In this document: one piece after another, positions 9,090 through 12,067 of the stretch
Layout of the letters: each line of letters opens with the position of its first letter
How positions within the stretch are numbered: the stretch's first letter is position 1
Source of the DNA: Octopus sinensis
Lineage: Eukaryota
Length of the DNA: 12,067 nucleotides
Reading direction: 5' to 3'
NCBI RefSeq assembly: GCF_006345805.1
Contig: NW_021826812.1
Location: 1 to 12,067 of the forward strand
Made by a program: the position numbers and the translations under genes
Notes under the pieces: generated by a model
What the model saw: the letters and a program-made list of their open reading frames with translations, nothing else
Told to the model about the DNA's origin: nothing
Database searches by the model: none

Positions 9090-9592
9090 AACTTCTTCAA
9101 GTATCACTTGAAAAGGAAAGTGAGAGTAGAGAGGCAAGTTTTGTCTAGCGAATGTTTAAAAAAAAAAGCTGGGTGAATGTAGCAAGGATGGCACGTATGA
9201 ATGACATGACGAAGCCACCTTGAGCATAATCCTATGAACCCGGAAAAATTTAAAACAGAGGGTTACCTACTTGCATATAAATGTGTTAACAGGTGACACT
9301 ATTGACCGAGGTTACCGTGGTCTTTTCCGTAGGCTTTTCTTTCCACGGATACCCTATCTGCTTCCCCCTTTACACTTTACATCATGACATTTCTGTGATA
9401 CACGATCCCAATTGATGGTTTTTTCTTTTTCTTTTTTTCTTTTCTTTCCTTGTTTTTCTTTCCCTTTTACGATCCCTCTTGATCGAAAACCTACCCCACT
9501 TTTTTTTTTCTTCTTTTCTCTCCATAAAGAAAAGCTCTACTTTGTAATCTGTCCCGTCTGTGTGCAGCCCTGTGTGGCTAATAAAGAAGCAT
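9090..9592 (+). mobile_element. L1/Tx1-like LINE 3' fragment, copy 1 (ORF2 C-terminus plus 3' UTR)
   Basis: NFFKYHLKRKVRVERQVLSSEC-(frameshift)-WVNVARMARMND..ATLSIIL* (TGA 9235-9237), then a pyrimidine-rich UTR ending GCCCTGTGTGGCTAATAAAGAAG. Clade call rests on the C-terminal ...F..RW pattern and recall. Confidence 0.72.
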
Positions 9593-9603
9593 ATCTATCT
9601 ATC

Positions 9604-9658
<55 letters not shown>
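9593..9658 (+). repeat. (ATCT)n tract at the 3' end of LINE copy 1
   Basis: Direct inspection. Confidence 0.95.
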
Positions 9659-9660
9659 CT

Positions 9661-9908
9661 TACATTACAAACTTTTCAAGTACCACTTGAAAAGGAGGAT
9701 GAGAATAGAGAGGAAGGCTTTGTCGAACGAATGTTTTAATAAAAAGTGAGTAAAAGTGGCAAAAATGGTCAGTATGAAAGACGACACTATTTTAAGCATA
9801 AATCTGTAAGCAAAAGAGACAACGAGAAGTAAGGCGACTTACTCATGTGTTCATTTTCGAACTGTCTGAGGTGACCTTGGTCTTTTTTAGGCTACACCTA
9901 AACTGTGA

Positions 9909-9952
<44 letters not shown>

Positions 9953-10113
9953 TTGCTTTTTTATACACCACACAACCCACAGATCCCTATTGATCAAACT
10001 TTTTTTTTTGTTTTTTTTTGTGCTCCACCCATCCCACCTCGAAAAAAAAATTCTACATTGTATTTCGTCCATTTTTATTCTGTGTTTAGCCCTGTGTGGC
10101 TACAATAAAAAGT
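9661..10113 (+). mobile_element. L1/Tx1-like LINE 3' fragment, copy 2
   Basis: FKYHLKRRMRIERKALSNECFNKK*VKVAKMVSMKDDTILSINL* in one frame (9675-9809; TGA replaces Trp); UTR colinear with copy 1, carries a (TA)n expansion at about 9911-9946, ends GCCCTGTGTGGCTACAATAAAAG. Confidence 0.75.
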
Positions 10114-10123
10114 TATCTATCTC

Positions 10124-10169
<46 letters not shown>

Positions 10170-10182
10170 CATCCATCCATCC

Positions 10183-10246
<64 letters not shown>
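10114..10246 (+). repeat. (ATCT)n tract at the 3' end of LINE copy 2
   Basis: Direct inspection; a few ATCC variants. Confidence 0.95.
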
Positions 10247-10257
10247 GTCCCGTCTAT

Positions 10258-10311
10258 ATCTACACACTGTCTGCCTATCCAGTCAACATCTACACACTGT
10301 CTGCCTATCCA
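10258..10311 (+). repeat. Direct repeat ATCTACACACTGTCTGCCTATCCA x2, 30-bp period
   Basis: Identical 24-mers at 10258-10281 and 10288-10311; a degenerate third unit near 10320. Confidence 0.9.
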
Positions 10312-10789
10312 ATCTGCATGTACACAGTGTCACTATTCAGTAAACATTACACCCAGCTATCGATGTACGTATCGAGTTAACACCACAACTATTTGTCTCT
10401 CTATCGAATCGACATCTTACACACACCGTCCAACCATTCATTCGACATTTATAACGTCTGTCTTTCCATCTAATACCATATCAAAATCACTAGGTCAATG
10501 CTATTTCGATATCGACACATTATATCTATCTCTGATCATCTACAGATTTATCAGTATTGAACATCTATAGCCAGTTCAAACACTGTTGTTACTGCAAGTT
10601 ATAACAATCAACGCCATCAACGTTGACTACGACACGTGTAACTTCTATACAGCTGTACAATACACTGTTAAATATGATTACTTGTACTTCAAAGAAAAAT
10701 TACCAACAGCCGACAGGGTTGAGATCAAGGGAGATAAACCCCGACACACTCACAACTGGTTTCGTCTCTGTTTGGGGGATTTTTTTTTA

Positions 10790-11360
10790 TTCAAATTTTT
10801 TTCTCTCGCCTTTTTTTTTCGATTGTAATTCTTTGTATTGCTTTGTTTTTGCGTTTTTATTTACCATTATTTTTCTAGTTCCAGTTCTTGTTTTTGTAAT
10901 TCTTACTATTATTTGGTTTGTTTTTGTTTTTTATTTTGTTTTTTCGCATTTGTTATTTTTGTTTACCGCTGTTATTGCAGTTGTTGTTAACGTCGATATT
11001 GTTGGTAGTATTTATGTTATTTTCATTCTTTTCTTTGCCCTAACTGTTATTGCCTTCGTCGTCGTTGTTGTTGTTATTGTTGTTGTCTTTCTTCATGATG
11101 TTGTTTTGTTGTTATAGTTTATGTTATTTTTATTATCTTTGCTAATTTGCTCCTTGATGATGTTTATTATTGTTGTTGCTATGGGTTATGATGGCGTAGG
11201 TTTCTTTTCGTTGTTGTACTGTTTTCCCTGTTGATGTTGTTGTTGCTATTGCTGCTGCTGCTGCTGCTGCTGTTAACGGTAGTGATAGGAACGGGAAGGG
11301 GTTTCTAACTCTGTTTTTTGGTTTTGTTGTTTTTAACGTTATTTTTACGGTAGGACATAC

Positions 11361-11403
<43 letters not shown>

Positions 11404-11574
11404 CTTGTTGTTAGTACAAGATTTATAGTAGCTGTTGTTGTTGCGGTTGTTGCTGCAGAGAAACATTGGCTGTGGTGGCGGTAGCGGTGGTGTTGATAGC
11501 GATCGTAGTGGCGAGCTGATGATGGTGATGGTGGTGGCCAAGGCCAAGACGGCAGTGGTGGTGGTGGTGGAAGT
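10790..11574. repeat. T-rich low-complexity region with degenerate (GTT)n/(ATT)n/(GCT)n/(GGT)n arrays
   Basis: Direct inspection; pure (GTT)n about 11385-11410. Confidence 0.88.
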
Positions 11575-11880
11575 GATGATAGTCAAAATTTCCTTGTCTC
11601 CCTCCTTTAACCGGTAAGGGCACGCAGTTTTCTCTGTCTGGTGGCCATGGCGAATGAGGCAGTGTGGTGAAATTGGCTGAAAAGACCTAAAACAGACATT
11701 TTGTTCTTCAGTCAAGCCCTCATCGACATTTCCAAATTCCATTTGGAAAGGAAAATGAGGGTGGAAAGAGAAATGCTCTCCGCCAGTATATTTATCAAAA
11801 GGTGGGCGATTGTGACAAAAAAAGGCATGTCTCTAGATTGTGGCAAATAAAGGCAAGAATAAATGTCCCAACCTTGGTTT
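11575..11880 (+). mobile_element. L1/Tx1-like LINE ORF2 C-terminal fragment, copy 3 (longer at 5', more decayed)
   Basis: IVKISLSPSFNR*GHAVF-(frameshift)-LCLVAMANEAVW*NWLKRPKTDILFFSQALIDISKFHLERKMRVEREMLSASIFIKRWAIVTK; homologous to copies 1 and 2 over K(F/Y)HL.RK.R.ER..LS...F.K.W. 3' boundary uncertain. Confidence 0.72.
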
Positions 11881-12067
11881 CCAGGGCCGCATCCAACCTT
11901 CAGGCATCCCCACAGCCACCAGCGACCCTCGACGGTTCTCCTTTTATAAATATGATAATTTTTTCTTTAATTGACTTGTTTTACATTTTTGAGTGCGGCC
12001 CCTTAAAAAAATCCAGGTTTTCGATCTGGCCTGGATATTAAGACACTTGAGAACCACTTCTCTAAAA

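Noticed and set aside
10586-11117. Overlapping ORFs of 80 and 164 aa, the latter hydrophobic like a membrane protein
   Set aside because: Mostly T-rich low-complexity sequence; the unique part matches no family I recognise and has no convincing splice sites.
12011-12036. ATCCAGG/CCTGGAT hairpin near the window end
   Set aside because: A 7-bp stem alone is expected by chance; no supporting context within the window.

Overview
AT-rich, microsatellite-saturated animal genomic DNA, intergenic or intronic. It is most likely an octopus/cephalopod, inferred from the (CATA)n/(TA)n/(ATCT)n load and from tRNA-derived SINE families I recognise from octopus. No host protein-coding gene, true tRNA, rRNA or CRISPR array is supported, and almost all listed ORFs are translations of simple repeats. 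The non-repetitive parts are mostly transposon relics: a probable Penelope-like fragment (2894-3400, minus), a mariner 5' end interrupted by RTE-LINE and DD37D-transposase pieces (3745-4412, minus), five SINE pieces from three families (one intact with a target-site duplication), and three 3' fragments of an L1/Tx1-like LINE (9090-11880, plus). The main leads are: (1) a complete hammerhead-ribozyme core on the minus strand at 3018-3079 whose strands are in a non-circularly permuted order; (2) a stem-loop inside the LINE ORF2 C-terminus kept in all three copies with compensatory changes, lying at the 5' truncation point of two of them; (3) a SINE-head/LINE-tail chimera, plus a 3' tail shared between that SINE family and the LINE. 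Family names come from motif recognition, not database searches.
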